From: a virus
DNA: 64,000 nt
IMG/VR virus record: IMGVR_UViG_3300017963_007659
Location: 64,001 to 128,000 of that record
Reading direction: 5' to 3' (one strand)
Under the pieces are notes generated by a model that saw only the letters and a list, made by a program, of their open reading frames with translations, was not told the origin of the DNA and searched no databases. The position numbers were made by a program, and so were the translations under genes. Shown here one piece after another: positions 19,807-29,423 of the stretch (the stretch's first letter is position 1; every line of letters begins with the position of its first letter).

Positions 19807-20939
19807 CCAAAGAGCTTCACGTAGGGAAGAATCCCGCTCTCAATCCTCTCCTTCGCTATCTCAGCATACTCAGGGTTCAGTTCTACCCCAATGAAATGCC
19901 GGTCGTTCTTCACGCACACCAAACCAGTCGTTCCTGAGCCGCAGAAGGGGTCCAGGACGGTCGCTGGGACAGGAGTAGTCTCTTCGCACTCACAGGTTCT
20001 CCACGGAGCACCACAGGAGGAACAGACGCCTTCTGAGCTGGTTCCTGCCCGTATCATCGGAGTGATGAGGGCTTCCGGAAAAGTGGCGAAGTGGGAACCC
20101 TTGAAGGGCTGAGGATTGACATGAAACACGTTTGTTGGGTCCTGCTCCTTCAAGAAGTCACCCAGGATATCAGGGTGGTTTTCTGCCAACCACAGAGGAA
20201 GAGCAGTAGAATCCTCCACATGCCAAACGGATCGCCTGTTCCGCTTCTTGTACAGGGTCTCGCACTTCTCCTCGGAGCCAGGACCTCCCTTGCTAATCTG
20301 CTCCTGTCTCTTGAAGTTGTTCCCAGCTGCGTGGTCGGAGACGGCGTCTTCCTTGATCGCTTCGTGGTCGTAGAAGTAGTACCTACTCTTAGAGAACATG
20401 AAAACATTCTCGAAAGACCTTGTACAACGATCTCGAACCGGTTCAGGCATACAAGAACCTCCACGATAGTGAGGACCAGATATGCCTTTTGCCCATATAA
20501 GGTCTTGCCTGAGATAGTAGCCAGCATCCCGTAAGGCAAAAGCAACCTTCCAGGGTATACCTATCAAATCCTTCGGTTTGAGACCAAAGTCCGAGGCATC
20601 TACTTTGGCCCATCGTTTGACAGTCTTTTGTCCCTTCTCGTCACCTTTCCCTTTACGGCTTTCCCAATGCCCATGTCCCTTCGCTTGTGCATAGCTGTCA
20701 CCTAGAACAACAAACAAGGTCCCATCATTCCGGAGGACGCGATGAACTTCCTTGAAGACCTCTACAAGAGTCTGTACGAAAGCCTCTGGAGTGTCCTCCA
20801 GACCTATCTGTCCGTTAATATCGTAATCACGCAGATTCCAATACGGAGGACTCGTCACACAGCAGTGCACAGACTGGTCAGGGATCTCCCGTAGCTTCTC
20901 TTTGGCGTCCCCTACAAGAATCTCGTACCGACTTGTCAT
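19803..20939 (-). CDS. beta-class amino (N4C/N6A) DNA methyltransferase
   Basis: VTSPPY (motif IV) N-terminal, DPFCGSGTTG (motif I) C-terminal; CSSC...CEC insert. Confidence 0.9.
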   Translation of the reverse strand: MTSRYEILVGDAKEKLREIPDQSVHCCVTSPPYWNLRDYDINGQIGLEDTPEAFVQTLVEVFKEVHRVLRNDGTLFVVLGDSYAQAKGHGHWESRKGKGDEKGQKTVKRWAKVDASDFGLKPKDLIGIPWKVAFALRDAGYYLRQDLIWAKGISGPHYRGGSCMPEPVRDRCTRSFENVFMFSKSRYYFYDHEAIKEDAVSDHAAGNNFKRQEQISKGGPGSEEKCETLYKKRNRRSVWHVEDSTALPLWLAENHPDILGDFLKEQDPTNVFHVNPQPFKGSHFATFPEALITPMIRAGTSSEGVCSSCGAPWRTCECEETTPVPATVLDPFCGSGTTGLVCVKNDRHFIGVELNPEYAEIAKERIESGILPYVKLFG

Positions 20940-21190
20940 GGACAAAGGACCACACAGGGACGGGCGTCTTCCCGCATGTCGTCCTCTGTGTAACCTTCCT
21001 CCTCCAGCTCTTCTGTGAGCTTCAGGAAATGAACCGAAATCTCGTAGCCTTCTTTGAGGTAGCCTTGGTCTGTGGATACAGCATACAGCTCCCCGTAGGC
21101 ATTGCCCTCAGCATCAGAAGCAACGAGAACGACTGTGTTCTCATCTACAGTCTGGAGTACTTTGATCAGCTCACCTGCCCGCATTTTCAT
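20936..21190 (-). CDS. hypothetical protein
   Basis: 84-aa ORF, translationally coupled to the methyltransferase (ATGA overlap). Confidence 0.65.
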   Translation of the reverse strand: MKMRAGELIKVLQTVDENTVVLVASDAEGNAYGELYAVSTDQGYLKEGYEISVHFLKLTEELEEEGYTEDDMREDARPCVVLCP

Positions 21191-21267
21191 ACTCTCCCCA
21201 GAGGTCTATCCCAGCTTGTAGACTTCCCCATCCAGCCGGGGGACGCTGACCGAACTCATCAGGCACC

Positions 21268-22194
21268 TCACACCAAGAACTGCCCACAGGCAGCCATGAC
21301 CTCGCTACCTGGAGATGTCTGCACCTTCACCCTCGGAAGCTCCTTCAAGAATAGCTCAGACACCTCATCGAACCGCTGTGATTCAGTGAATGGCGACCCT
21401 GAACACTGGTTGTAGCGGAGCAGCCGCAGCTCCAGGTCTGGACGTTCGGTAAAGAACCTCATGAGCTGCTCTATCTCCTCTGGAGAGTCGTTGATCCCCT
21501 CGAAGAGTAGCAGGTGACAGATGAGGGAGTTAGGCACCTTCCAGGAGCCTCTCAGGCGGTCCAGACGCTCTTGAAACCTGCTTCCATGCTTCCCCATGAG
21601 GAAGCACCTCGTCTCCTCGTTCAGAGACCCCAGAGAGATGAATAGGCGCACCAACGGGCGAGTCCTATCCTGCTCATTCTGGACTTCCGGAATCGTCTGG
21701 ACTTCCTTTACGAGCATGTCCAGGAGGTACTCTGGCATATTCTTGAAGTCGTAGTCAGGGAAGGAGGTGCCGACATCCACACAGTCCAGCCCTGTAGCCT
21801 TCTGGTGGTCTTTGAGGACACTCCGAAGAATCGAGGAAGTGACACAGCAGAGACTGCCTATCTCTGCCAGGGGCTCTCCCATCCCCATCCAAGCCAGCTT
21901 GACCTTCTTCTTCGTGATCGCCCGCCGATAGGTCGTCGCGTAGCTGATAGCATGCGAGAGGTTCTCTTCGATAGTCCACGGTTCGATCCGCTGGTACTTG
22001 CAGCCCTTCGTAGAGAGCATACAGAACTTGCAGTTCATCTTGCAACCGTAGGAGCAGGAGGCGAAGACGCTGTACTTCTCGCTGGCTTCGGATCCGAGAC
22101 CGGAACAGCCACCAACGTCTTTGATAGCCGTCTCTGAGAAGTCAGAGTGAATGAACTTGTAGACGGACCCGTCTTTAGTCGTCTTGACTTCCAT
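21268..22194 (-). CDS. RlmN/Cfr-like class A radical SAM methyltransferase (N-terminally truncated)
   Basis: CKMNCKFC cluster motif, MGMGEPL, LLFEGINDS, C-terminal GSEVMAACGQ; start at 22194 after AGGAG. Confidence 0.85.
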   Translation of the reverse strand: MEVKTTKDGSVYKFIHSDFSETAIKDVGGCSGLGSEASEKYSVFASCSYGCKMNCKFCMLSTKGCKYQRIEPWTIEENLSHAISYATTYRRAITKKKVKLAWMGMGEPLAEIGSLCCVTSSILRSVLKDHQKATGLDCVDVGTSFPDYDFKNMPEYLLDMLVKEVQTIPEVQNEQDRTRPLVRLFISLGSLNEETRCFLMGKHGSRFQERLDRLRGSWKVPNSLICHLLLFEGINDSPEEIEQLMRFFTERPDLELRLLRYNQCSGSPFTESQRFDEVSELFLKELPRVKVQTSPGSEVMAACGQFLV

Positions 22195-22459
22195 TCGTAT
22201 CTCCTTCTGGTGCGTCTGTCGTACATTTCTCACACAGAACAAGTCCCACCACATCTACGTGTTGGTCGATCAGCGTGCCACATCCAAAACACGCGCGGGT
22301 ATGAATGCTTGCTGCCTTCCACGAACAAGACCGGGGACGTTCTAGGGCTCTCTCCTGCTGTAGCTGTCCCAGAAGATACTCAGCATGCTCCTTCGGATTT
22401 CCTGGAGGAAGGTCATAGACAAGGATGTTCAAAAGCTCAAACAGCCGGTCTTCATCCAT
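22175..22459 (-). CDS. hypothetical zinc-ribbon protein
   Basis: CFGC...CEKC. Confidence 0.6.
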   Translation of the reverse strand: MDEDRLFELLNILVYDLPPGNPKEHAEYLLGQLQQERALERPRSCSWKAASIHTRACFGCGTLIDQHVDVVGLVLCEKCTTDAPEGDTNGSQDD

Positions 22460-22746
22460 CAGTCTACGCCCATCTCAGGTTCAAAGACCTCCACTTCCGT
22501 GCAGGGAGGCTCAGGACCCTCATCCACTTCAAGAATCTTCACGATCTCAGCCGTGTAGTTGAGCTTCTCAAAGATGTTCTGCACATCCTTGCGCGCCTTC
22601 AAGAAGCTCTCAGCCTGTTCCTTCGTATCGAACAGGAAAGCGTTCTCCGTGTTGGTCAGCAGAGCGACCGGATACTCCGGATATTCTCCGAGATACCTCA
22701 TGCTCGCTACCGTATTAACAGGATATGTAGCTGAAATTACGAACAT
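22459..22746 (-). CDS. hypothetical protein
   Basis: 95-aa ORF in a tight operon. Confidence 0.6.
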   Translation of the reverse strand: MFVISATYPVNTVASMRYLGEYPEYPVALLTNTENAFLFDTKEQAESFLKARKDVQNIFEKLNYTAEIVKILEVDEGPEPPCTEVEVFEPEMGVD

Positions 22747-22955
22747 TACTTCGCTCCTCTCGTAACTTTCGTTAGGTCTAGGTACTCTCCATCGCGCACC
22801 AGAACGTGTGTGGGGTCGGAGATGACCAACTTTGCTCGGATGTCTCCTTCATGGACGTATTCCGCATAGTAGACTCCATCCTCATACGTCAAGTAGGCGA
22901 AGCCTTGTGCGTTTGGGAGAGTCTCGACGTATAGAACGCATCGCTTTTTTGGCAT
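22746..22955 (-). CDS. hypothetical protein
   Basis: 69-aa ORF in a tight operon. Confidence 0.55.
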   Translation of the reverse strand: MPKKRCVLYVETLPNAQGFAYLTYEDGVYYAEYVHEGDIRAKLVISDPTHVLVRDGEYLDLTKVTRGAK

Positions 22956-23046
22956 TATTTACCTCACAGGCATGAATCGAAGAGAATCGCTCCTACGACT
23001 AGCCCAACAAAGATGACCAGAACCCCGTACTTATCCCACCAAGGCA

Positions 23047-25938
23047 TCAGTTCCACACATGCCCTTCTTGCTTCGGCCAAGCCACCCCGTCCGTGACCTG
23101 CTGCTCCAGCCATCCCCAGATCTCCGTGAACTCTTTCTCAGTGCGGTCAAAGCTCTTGCAGTTGCCATACTTGAAGCCAATATCGAAGTCGACAGCCAAG
23201 GGCACGATCATCTCGATACCGAACATCTCCTTCAAGCATGAAGTATCCATGAAGATACGCTCAGCCGTTTCGATGTACTCACGGAGAGCATCAGCATCGT
23301 AGGGGATCTCCGCTATGATGGAGTCGTGAACCAGGTTGACGATCTTCCAATCCTTGCCCTTCGCTTCGATGTACTGCTGAAGTCGGATACCAGCTATGAG
23401 GTTATAATCCGAGCTGGCAGCCTGGATGGGGGAGTTGCGCGCTTGGCGATTCCCACGTCCCGCGTTGCCTTCAGCGTACTCATGAGCGAGATGGCGACGT
23501 CGACCCATGGGAGAGGTGACATACCCCTTCGTCTGAGCAGCCTTCTCAGCCATAAGCAACCAGGCGTGAACGTCGGGGAACTGTGCGAAGAAGGTGTCCA
23601 GAAGCTCCTGAGCCTTCTCAACCTCAACCCCAAGGTTCTTGGCGAGTGTCTTGACATGCTGCCCGAACATGATCCCGAAGACGATTCTCTTGGCGTCCTG
23701 TCGCTGGACAGACGTCACGTCTTCGATGGGAATCTGATGCATCAGTGCAGCGGTCTGTCTATGCACGTCGCACTCGAATTTGACTCGCTTCTTGTTCTCC
23801 TCTGTTGGATTCGCTATGTACTCAGCCTTGACCTTCTCCATGTTGCGGAAGACCTTGGCGTAGTTCTTATCTTGTGCGATCTGGACAGCCCATCTTACCT
23901 CAGATTGAGCTACGTCCATCTGGACTAGTAGACGCCCATGAGGGACGCAGTACATGTTCTTGACGGCTTTCCTAGCCGCGACTGTAGCAGCGAGACGTCC
24001 CTTCCCTGGAACCTGCTGGAGGTTCACCTGCTCCGAGCTTGTTCTCCCAGAGGTGACACGGCACGAGGTGAAGCTAGAACGCATTCTCCCGTCTGCACAC
24101 TCCCCATCAGGACCTTCCCCATGGATTCGAGCATTGACGCTCTTGGTGTAGCTGGTATCGAGCTTGTAGAGCCCTTTGTACTCGTAAACGAGGTCGACGA
24201 TGTGCTGGGTTGGAGTGACCTCCACGTCCTCTGGGAGGTCGTCGTCACTCTTGTTTCGCTCGAATAGCGCGGTGTTGATCTCTGGCTGCGGGATCTCCGC
24301 TCCTGTGATAGGGTCTATCTTCGGCTTGCTCCATCCCAGAGGCTCAATCTTGAGCACATCGATGAGCAGAGTGATGAGACATTCTTTCTTGTCTATGTCC
24401 AAGACCCAGGGACTACCAAAGAGACCTGCCATCCCCGCAGCCTTGGTCTTCCCAAGGTGGAGAGTATTGGCTTGCTGGACCTCTGGCAAAGAAAACAGCT
24501 CCTCCTTGATCTCTTTCATCCTCTGCTTGATCGGAGACAACTCCCCACAGAGCATACGGAGATGAGGGACGTCAATCTGGAAGCCGTTGCGTTCGATAGA
24601 CTCGAAAGCGCAGATGAGCGGTCCGTGCATGTGCACATTGAAATTCAGGACACGCTCTCTTCCTCCCTCTTCCTTATCAGCTACGTCAAGAAGCGCGCGT
24701 GCCAGCCGATGCGGCACATACCCATCCATCGCACAGTACTCTCGGAAACCGGTATCGAACAGGGAAATCTTATCGAAGTCCTGTCGCTTCTTCTTCATAC
24801 CGGAGTCCTCGAACTTCGTCCATCCGATATAGTCATTGGCTAGCTTCGCCAACGACATGGGCTTGTCACTCTTTGGAATTCGCTTGAGACGCTGCTCGTC
24901 CACGCAGTGCGCTAGGAACATCGTATCCAGCAGAGAGGCGTTCAGCGGCATACGTGCCGTTCCCAGGTCCGGATGGATACAGGTGCGCAGCATAGCCAGG
25001 TCGAACTTGAGGTAGTTCCCTGTGACCCACTGGAAGGCGTCTGTAGGCGTCGTCAGCAGCCGAATGACCTCAGCCTGTACCTGTGGCAGTTCTGTCGGAG
25101 ACCAAGGAGACTCAGGGTGCATGTACGGGATGAGTGTGGTGATCATCCCGTCATTGCAGAACTGAATCATGGACACTTCATTCTTGAAGCGATGAAGTCC
25201 CCCTCTTGTCTCCGTATCGAAGGCGAGAATCCCATCGATAGCAGGAGTCGTCAAGTAGCTATCGACTACCGTCTTGAGCTTCTCCAGCGTATCGACATAG
25301 AAGTAGTGACCGTCTTTGAGCCAATCGACACTCGGGTCTTCGTCTACGAGCTTCTTGGCTGTCTTCAGGACGTTAGTGTACTTCTGTGTCCAGGAAGCTT
25401 TGGCTGTGGGTTCGTGCTGACGAGCGATGAAGGAGGGGTGAACGTTGGCGAGATAGGTGACGCCATCCTTCTCGACGTAGCGACCTTGAGCACGGAGAAC
25501 TCCCGCTGAAGCTAGCTCCGGAGCGAGCGCCTTGATTGCCGTCCCTCCGAGCATCACGACAACCTTCGGCTTATGCCGCTGGATCTCTTCAAGAAGATAG
25601 GGAACGCAGTGTCTCACCTCATCGGGGTTGGGAGTCTGATTACGAAGGGGACGGCACTTACAGACGTTCGCCAGAGCGTAGTCTCCGAGAATACCGGCTT
25701 CCTGCATGCAAGCACGATGAATCTGACCAGAGACCCCGACTAGCGGTCTCCCCCTCGTGCCATCTGGATGCACATAGGCGTCCTCGTCGGCTCCGAGAGC
25801 TTCAGCGACGAAGAAGATGTCTGGTTGCCCTTCGATCTCGGTTGGGCTATACCAGACGATGTTTCCTGTGAACTGAGGGTGGAGTGAGCATCCAGGGCAA
25901 CACACCCGGTCCTGCTCTGCTCTATAGTCGAGACGCAT
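23047..25938 (-). CDS. polA: family A DNA polymerase with N-terminal family-4 uracil-DNA-glycosylase-like (Fe-S) domain and 3'-5' exonuclease
   Basis: UDG: CPGC, AEALGADED, NVCKCRP, HPS. Exo: FDTET, KFD, YCAMD. Pol motifs A (DVAQSEVR), B (RQDAKRIVFGIMFG), C (VHDS). Confidence 0.92.
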   Translation of the reverse strand: MRLDYRAEQDRVCCPGCSLHPQFTGNIVWYSPTEIEGQPDIFFVAEALGADEDAYVHPDGTRGRPLVGVSGQIHRACMQEAGILGDYALANVCKCRPLRNQTPNPDEVRHCVPYLLEEIQRHKPKVVVMLGGTAIKALAPELASAGVLRAQGRYVEKDGVTYLANVHPSFIARQHEPTAKASWTQKYTNVLKTAKKLVDEDPSVDWLKDGHYFYVDTLEKLKTVVDSYLTTPAIDGILAFDTETRGGLHRFKNEVSMIQFCNDGMITTLIPYMHPESPWSPTELPQVQAEVIRLLTTPTDAFQWVTGNYLKFDLAMLRTCIHPDLGTARMPLNASLLDTMFLAHCVDEQRLKRIPKSDKPMSLAKLANDYIGWTKFEDSGMKKKRQDFDKISLFDTGFREYCAMDGYVPHRLARALLDVADKEEGGRERVLNFNVHMHGPLICAFESIERNGFQIDVPHLRMLCGELSPIKQRMKEIKEELFSLPEVQQANTLHLGKTKAAGMAGLFGSPWVLDIDKKECLITLLIDVLKIEPLGWSKPKIDPITGAEIPQPEINTALFERNKSDDDLPEDVEVTPTQHIVDLVYEYKGLYKLDTSYTKSVNARIHGEGPDGECADGRMRSSFTSCRVTSGRTSSEQVNLQQVPGKGRLAATVAARKAVKNMYCVPHGRLLVQMDVAQSEVRWAVQIAQDKNYAKVFRNMEKVKAEYIANPTEENKKRVKFECDVHRQTAALMHQIPIEDVTSVQRQDAKRIVFGIMFGQHVKTLAKNLGVEVEKAQELLDTFFAQFPDVHAWLLMAEKAAQTKGYVTSPMGRRRHLAHEYAEGNAGRGNRQARNSPIQAASSDYNLIAGIRLQQYIEAKGKDWKIVNLVHDSIIAEIPYDADALREYIETAERIFMDTSCLKEMFGIEMIVPLAVDFDIGFKYGNCKSFDRTEKEFTEIWGWLEQQVTDGVAWPKQEGHVWN

Positions 25939-26061
25939 CTACTCTCCTGCTTCCGAAAGTACCAGGGGTTGCTCTGATCTTTGACTGGTCTGGATTGAAG
26001 TTTGGACGACCCAAGGATTCCAGCGCATAGGGTTTTATAACCCAGCGCTAACTACGCGTTT

Positions 26062-26832
26062 TCACTCGGTCACCTTTCCGTGGGCGAAAAGCTGAGGCAT
26101 TCGTTGGGATGATTCCAAGCGCTTTTTCCCGAGAGCGAACACTTCAGGGTCTTTCTCACAGACCCAAAAGCTACGCCCCAAGCTGCGCGCGGCTACCGCT
26201 GTGGTGAACGATCCAGCGAATGGGTCAACAACGAGGTCTCCGGGGTTGGAGTGCGCCTGTAAGATGATCTCATAGAGTTGTGTCGGCTTCTGAGCCGAGA
26301 CGATCTTCTGATGCATGACCTCGGTCACGTCCGTCCACACATTGGAGCGTCTCTTGAAGGTGCTGTGTGGTTTGTACTTCTTGTTCTTGAGCACGTTCTG
26401 CGTCATCTCGGAATGCTGTTCAGTCAGGTAGGGCTTGTTGAAAATCGCAGGCTTCTCCCCGCGCACCAACCAGAGCATCTCCTCTCGGGTGAAGAGGTAG
26501 CGGTCAGCCACTCCGTAGCCGCGACTCTTCTTCCAAGTGATGAAGTCGCGGAGACGCCACTCCTTGAACTCATCCTCGACAGTAGCCGCGAACTTCAAGA
26601 ATGCCCTGTTCTTGTGTGATCCAATCCCGCCCCACATGAGGACCGAACCTCCCTCCAGGACGAAGTTCTGGCACCCTTCCACGAAGTCGTAGAGGAATGT
26701 CAGGAGCTGCTTCTCATCCAGGTTGTCATAGTCATCAGAGACAACTTGCCCATAGGGTGGGTCAGCGATGACGAGGAGCGTCTCAGGAGGGGCCTGCTCG
26801 AAGAAGTCTCCACAGATAGTGGTCTCTGCCAT
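26062..26832 (-). CDS. beta-class amino DNA methyltransferase
   Basis: IADPPY and DPFAGSFTT motifs. Confidence 0.88.
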   Translation of the reverse strand: MAETTICGDFFEQAPPETLLVIADPPYGQVVSDDYDNLDEKQLLTFLYDFVEGCQNFVLEGGSVLMWGGIGSHKNRAFLKFAATVEDEFKEWRLRDFITWKKSRGYGVADRYLFTREEMLWLVRGEKPAIFNKPYLTEQHSEMTQNVLKNKKYKPHSTFKRRSNVWTDVTEVMHQKIVSAQKPTQLYEIILQAHSNPGDLVVDPFAGSFTTAVAARSLGRSFWVCEKDPEVFALGKKRLESSQRMPQLFAHGKVTE

Positions 26833-26853
26833 CGTCTCTCCTAATCGTCTCTC

Positions 26854-27447
26854 CTACAAGAAAAATCGCATCTCTTGGGCGATCGTATCTACCAGTTTCT
26901 TCCCGCGCCTCTGGTTGGTCTCCAGCAATCTCTTCGTGAGACTCCCCAAGCCGTTGACGACCTGATTGTGGGTTCCATCGATCAGGAGAGCACGGTACAT
27001 GACCTCCATGAGGAAGTCGAACCCCACCTCCGTACCCAACCACTGCACCACCGATGCTGCCACCGCCGCATCTCTCTGGCTCTTCGTCTGTGGGATATGG
27101 TCGTGGTCCTCGGAGAGAATGTAGTCCAGCGTTCCGTTCGGGTCTGGGCAGTTCAGGCAAGAGTCATTGCGGTCAGCCCACTCCTCCGCGAAGATCTTCT
27201 CGAAGACATGTCTCTCGACAGCCAGGCGATTGGAGTTGACGCCGACATGTTCGATCTCTTCCGGAAGCAGTGTGTTGCCGAGAACATCGTCTCTGGTATC
27301 ATCGACAATGGTTTGAACGAGCTTCTCAACTTTGACGACAGCTTCCTGCCGACTGAGATTCCCATAAACGTTCTGCTCTGGGTTGCCCTCGCATGCATAG
27401 ACGTACTCATTGATAGCTGCCCAGAGGTCTTCTGTGTTAATGCTCAT
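26854..27447 (-). CDS. hypothetical protein
   Basis: 197 aa; YAGTCAAAGTA 4 nt before the ATG. Confidence 0.65.
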   Translation of the reverse strand: MSINTEDLWAAINEYVYACEGNPEQNVYGNLSRQEAVVKVEKLVQTIVDDTRDDVLGNTLLPEEIEHVGVNSNRLAVERHVFEKIFAEEWADRNDSCLNCPDPNGTLDYILSEDHDHIPQTKSQRDAAVAASVVQWLGTEVGFDFLMEVMYRALLIDGTHNQVVNGLGSLTKRLLETNQRRGKKLVDTIAQEMRFFL

Positions 27448-27459
27448 ACCCTACTTTGA

Positions 27460-28299
27460 CTAGATTTTGAGCGCTATCCGCTTGACGTCTTCCGTCACGT
27501 CCATGTTCTTGTGAGCACAGACATCCGGCTTCGTCAGCCTCTCAACGATGAGGTCAGCGTAGTCCTGCTCAATCTCAGCCCCAATCCAACGACGACCGTA
27601 GGACTCACAGACAACGGCTGTCGTCCCGGAACCCATGAAGGGGTCCACCACCAAGTCTTCAAGATTGGTAGACATTGCTACCACGCGGTCCAGGATCTTC
27701 GTCGAGAGCACATTGGCTCTCCTCTCCATCTGCTTGAACTTCTTGTGTCGCACAGGAGAGATGTCCGTCCACACGTCTTTGAGAGATAGACCATCCGGAT
27801 GAAGCTTGCTCTTGTGCCCACCGTAGTCCTTGACGGTCTCTCCGCACTTGCGACAGACAGGGATGGGTGTGCGGATCTTCTTGAAGGTCTTGGGAGGTCC
27901 CTTGGTGTAGTAGAGCAGGCTGTAGTGGGCCGGATAGAGCCTACCCTTGATAGGCATAACCGTTGTCATCTCGATAGCAATCCAATGCCTGAAGGTTAGC
28001 CTCTTCTTCGAGAGGTAGGCTCCAAGAGGCACATTCCACTTTGGGAGGTTGTAGAGGAAGAAGGACCCTCCAGGCTTCAAGATTCGTACACACTCCTTGA
28101 TCCACTGATGACACCACGTCAGGTACTCCTCCTCTGGAAGAGCGTCGTTCGTCTGCGGTCCGTAGCTCTTTCCAATGTTGAAGGGAGGGTCGGCGAAGAC
28201 AGTATCGACGGAGAAGTCATCGATGGTCGCAAGGACGTCTAGGCAGTCTCCGTGATAGAGCTTACCAAAGGGAGTGGTGTGGTAGGGGTACATGGTCAT
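27460..28299 (-). CDS. beta-class DNA methyltransferase, M.BamHI-like (probably N4-cytosine)
   Basis: FADPPF and DPFMGSGTT; RLYPAHYSLLYY, CxxC-KDYGG, DVWTDISPVRH segments resemble M.BamHI as recalled from memory. Confidence 0.85.
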   Translation of the reverse strand: MTMYPYHTTPFGKLYHGDCLDVLATIDDFSVDTVFADPPFNIGKSYGPQTNDALPEEEYLTWCHQWIKECVRILKPGGSFFLYNLPKWNVPLGAYLSKKRLTFRHWIAIEMTTVMPIKGRLYPAHYSLLYYTKGPPKTFKKIRTPIPVCRKCGETVKDYGGHKSKLHPDGLSLKDVWTDISPVRHKKFKQMERRANVLSTKILDRVVAMSTNLEDLVVDPFMGSGTTAVVCESYGRRWIGAEIEQDYADLIVERLTKPDVCAHKNMDVTEDVKRIALKI

Positions 28300-28550
28300 T
28301 CCTTCAGCACCATATCTCTCGTTAGCTCAACCTCCGACAGATATTTGCGAGCACCTTCGAGCTTCTTTTCAAGCCAGTTGCAATTATACTGCGCTCTCTC
28401 GACAGCTTCCTCTATACTGACTCGTAGTTCCTTTCCCGAGAGTTCGCACTCAAATACAGGCCCCTCAAAGACACGCAGAGGCGTGGTACGCTCCCGCATT
28501 TTAGCTATGGGAATCTCTATCGTGTACAGGTGCTTAAGCTGCTTATTCAT
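28296..28550 (-). CDS. hypothetical protein
   Basis: 84 aa, overlapping stop/start. Confidence 0.55.
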   Translation of the reverse strand: MNKQLKHLYTIEIPIAKMRERTTPLRVFEGPVFECELSGKELRVSIEEAVERAQYNCNWLEKKLEGARKYLSEVELTRDMVLKE

Positions 28551-28863
28551 CCTCTGCCTCTTCGGCTAGCCATCCCTCGATGTCAGTTCGAGCTTGCTCG
28601 ATGCAGCCAGCGACGTTCGTGGACTCCCAATAGTAGCTTCTACTTGGACCGAGGACGTAGCACGCGAGCTTGAGAGTAACGGGCGGTTGGTGGTTCGGAT
28701 CCGTCATCTCGAAGAAGGAGGGGAAGTGCACAGACACAGAGCCTTCGTAGCTCTTGCAGTGACCATCTCCTGCAATGAGAACCGTATGGACAGCATCGTG
28801 CACATAGACGATGAATTCTTGAAGGCTATCCATCCCTACAAACAGGTCTGAGTACTTACCCAT
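28543..28863 (-). CDS. hypothetical protein
   Basis: ATG at 28863 (MGKYSDLF...). Confidence 0.55.
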   Translation of the reverse strand: MGKYSDLFVGMDSLQEFIVYVHDAVHTVLIAGDGHCKSYEGSVSVHFPSFFEMTDPNHQPPVTLKLACYVLGPSRSYYWESTNVAGCIEQARTDIEGWLAEEAEDE

Positions 28864-29215
28864 TGTCTTCCTCTTCTCCCTCCTGGAGGTACTGGTCGAT
28901 CTCCGCTTCCCAGGAAGCGCACGAGTCTGAATGGAAGTTCCTACGAGGTCCTTTCTTCTCCGCAGCTCCGCAGTCACAGTACTTCCGGACCAAGGCGTGA
29001 TACTCCATCCAGGCGCGCTCCTTCTTCACTAGGGTCTCAGCGACGAGCTTTCCGAGATATGCATGCGTCTCAGGGTCATGGAGGTCGATGTTGTTCTCAC
29101 GGTGGTTGAGGATGATGGTCTCGACCTCTTCCCCCTCTAGGACGAGCTTGAGTTCTATCAGCTCCGGTGGAACTTCCAGGTCAGCTATCGTCTGACTCTC
29201 GGTCTTCTTGTTCAT
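28856..29215 (-). CDS. hypothetical protein
   Basis: ATG at 29215; C-terminal CDC...H..SC. Confidence 0.55.
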   Translation of the reverse strand: MNKKTESQTIADLEVPPELIELKLVLEGEEVETIILNHRENNIDLHDPETHAYLGKLVAETLVKKERAWMEYHALVRKYCDCGAAEKKGPRRNFHSDSCASWEAEIDQYLQEGEEEDNG

Positions 29216-29423
29216 CGTACTCGTCCAGTCCTTCTTCAATCACAGCTTGGTCATGGACCCGTCTCCGGAGTCTATGCGTGTGCGCTTTCTTGCTGCTACG
29301 CCAACGAGCTTGGCCCACCTTCCCGCGCTCGAAGCAAGAGGGTACCCAGCCGGTTCTCCACAAAGTTCTCCCGTACATCCGGGAACCGCGCATGGACTGG
29401 TCATTCTTGAAGCGACGTTTCAT
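29181..29423 (-). CDS. small Arg-rich protein
   Basis: ATGA-coupled to the upstream gene. Confidence 0.5.
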   Translation of the reverse strand: MKRRFKNDQSMRGSRMYGRTLWRTGWVPSCFERGKVGQARWRSSKKAHTHRLRRRVHDQAVIEEGLDEYDEQEDRESDDS

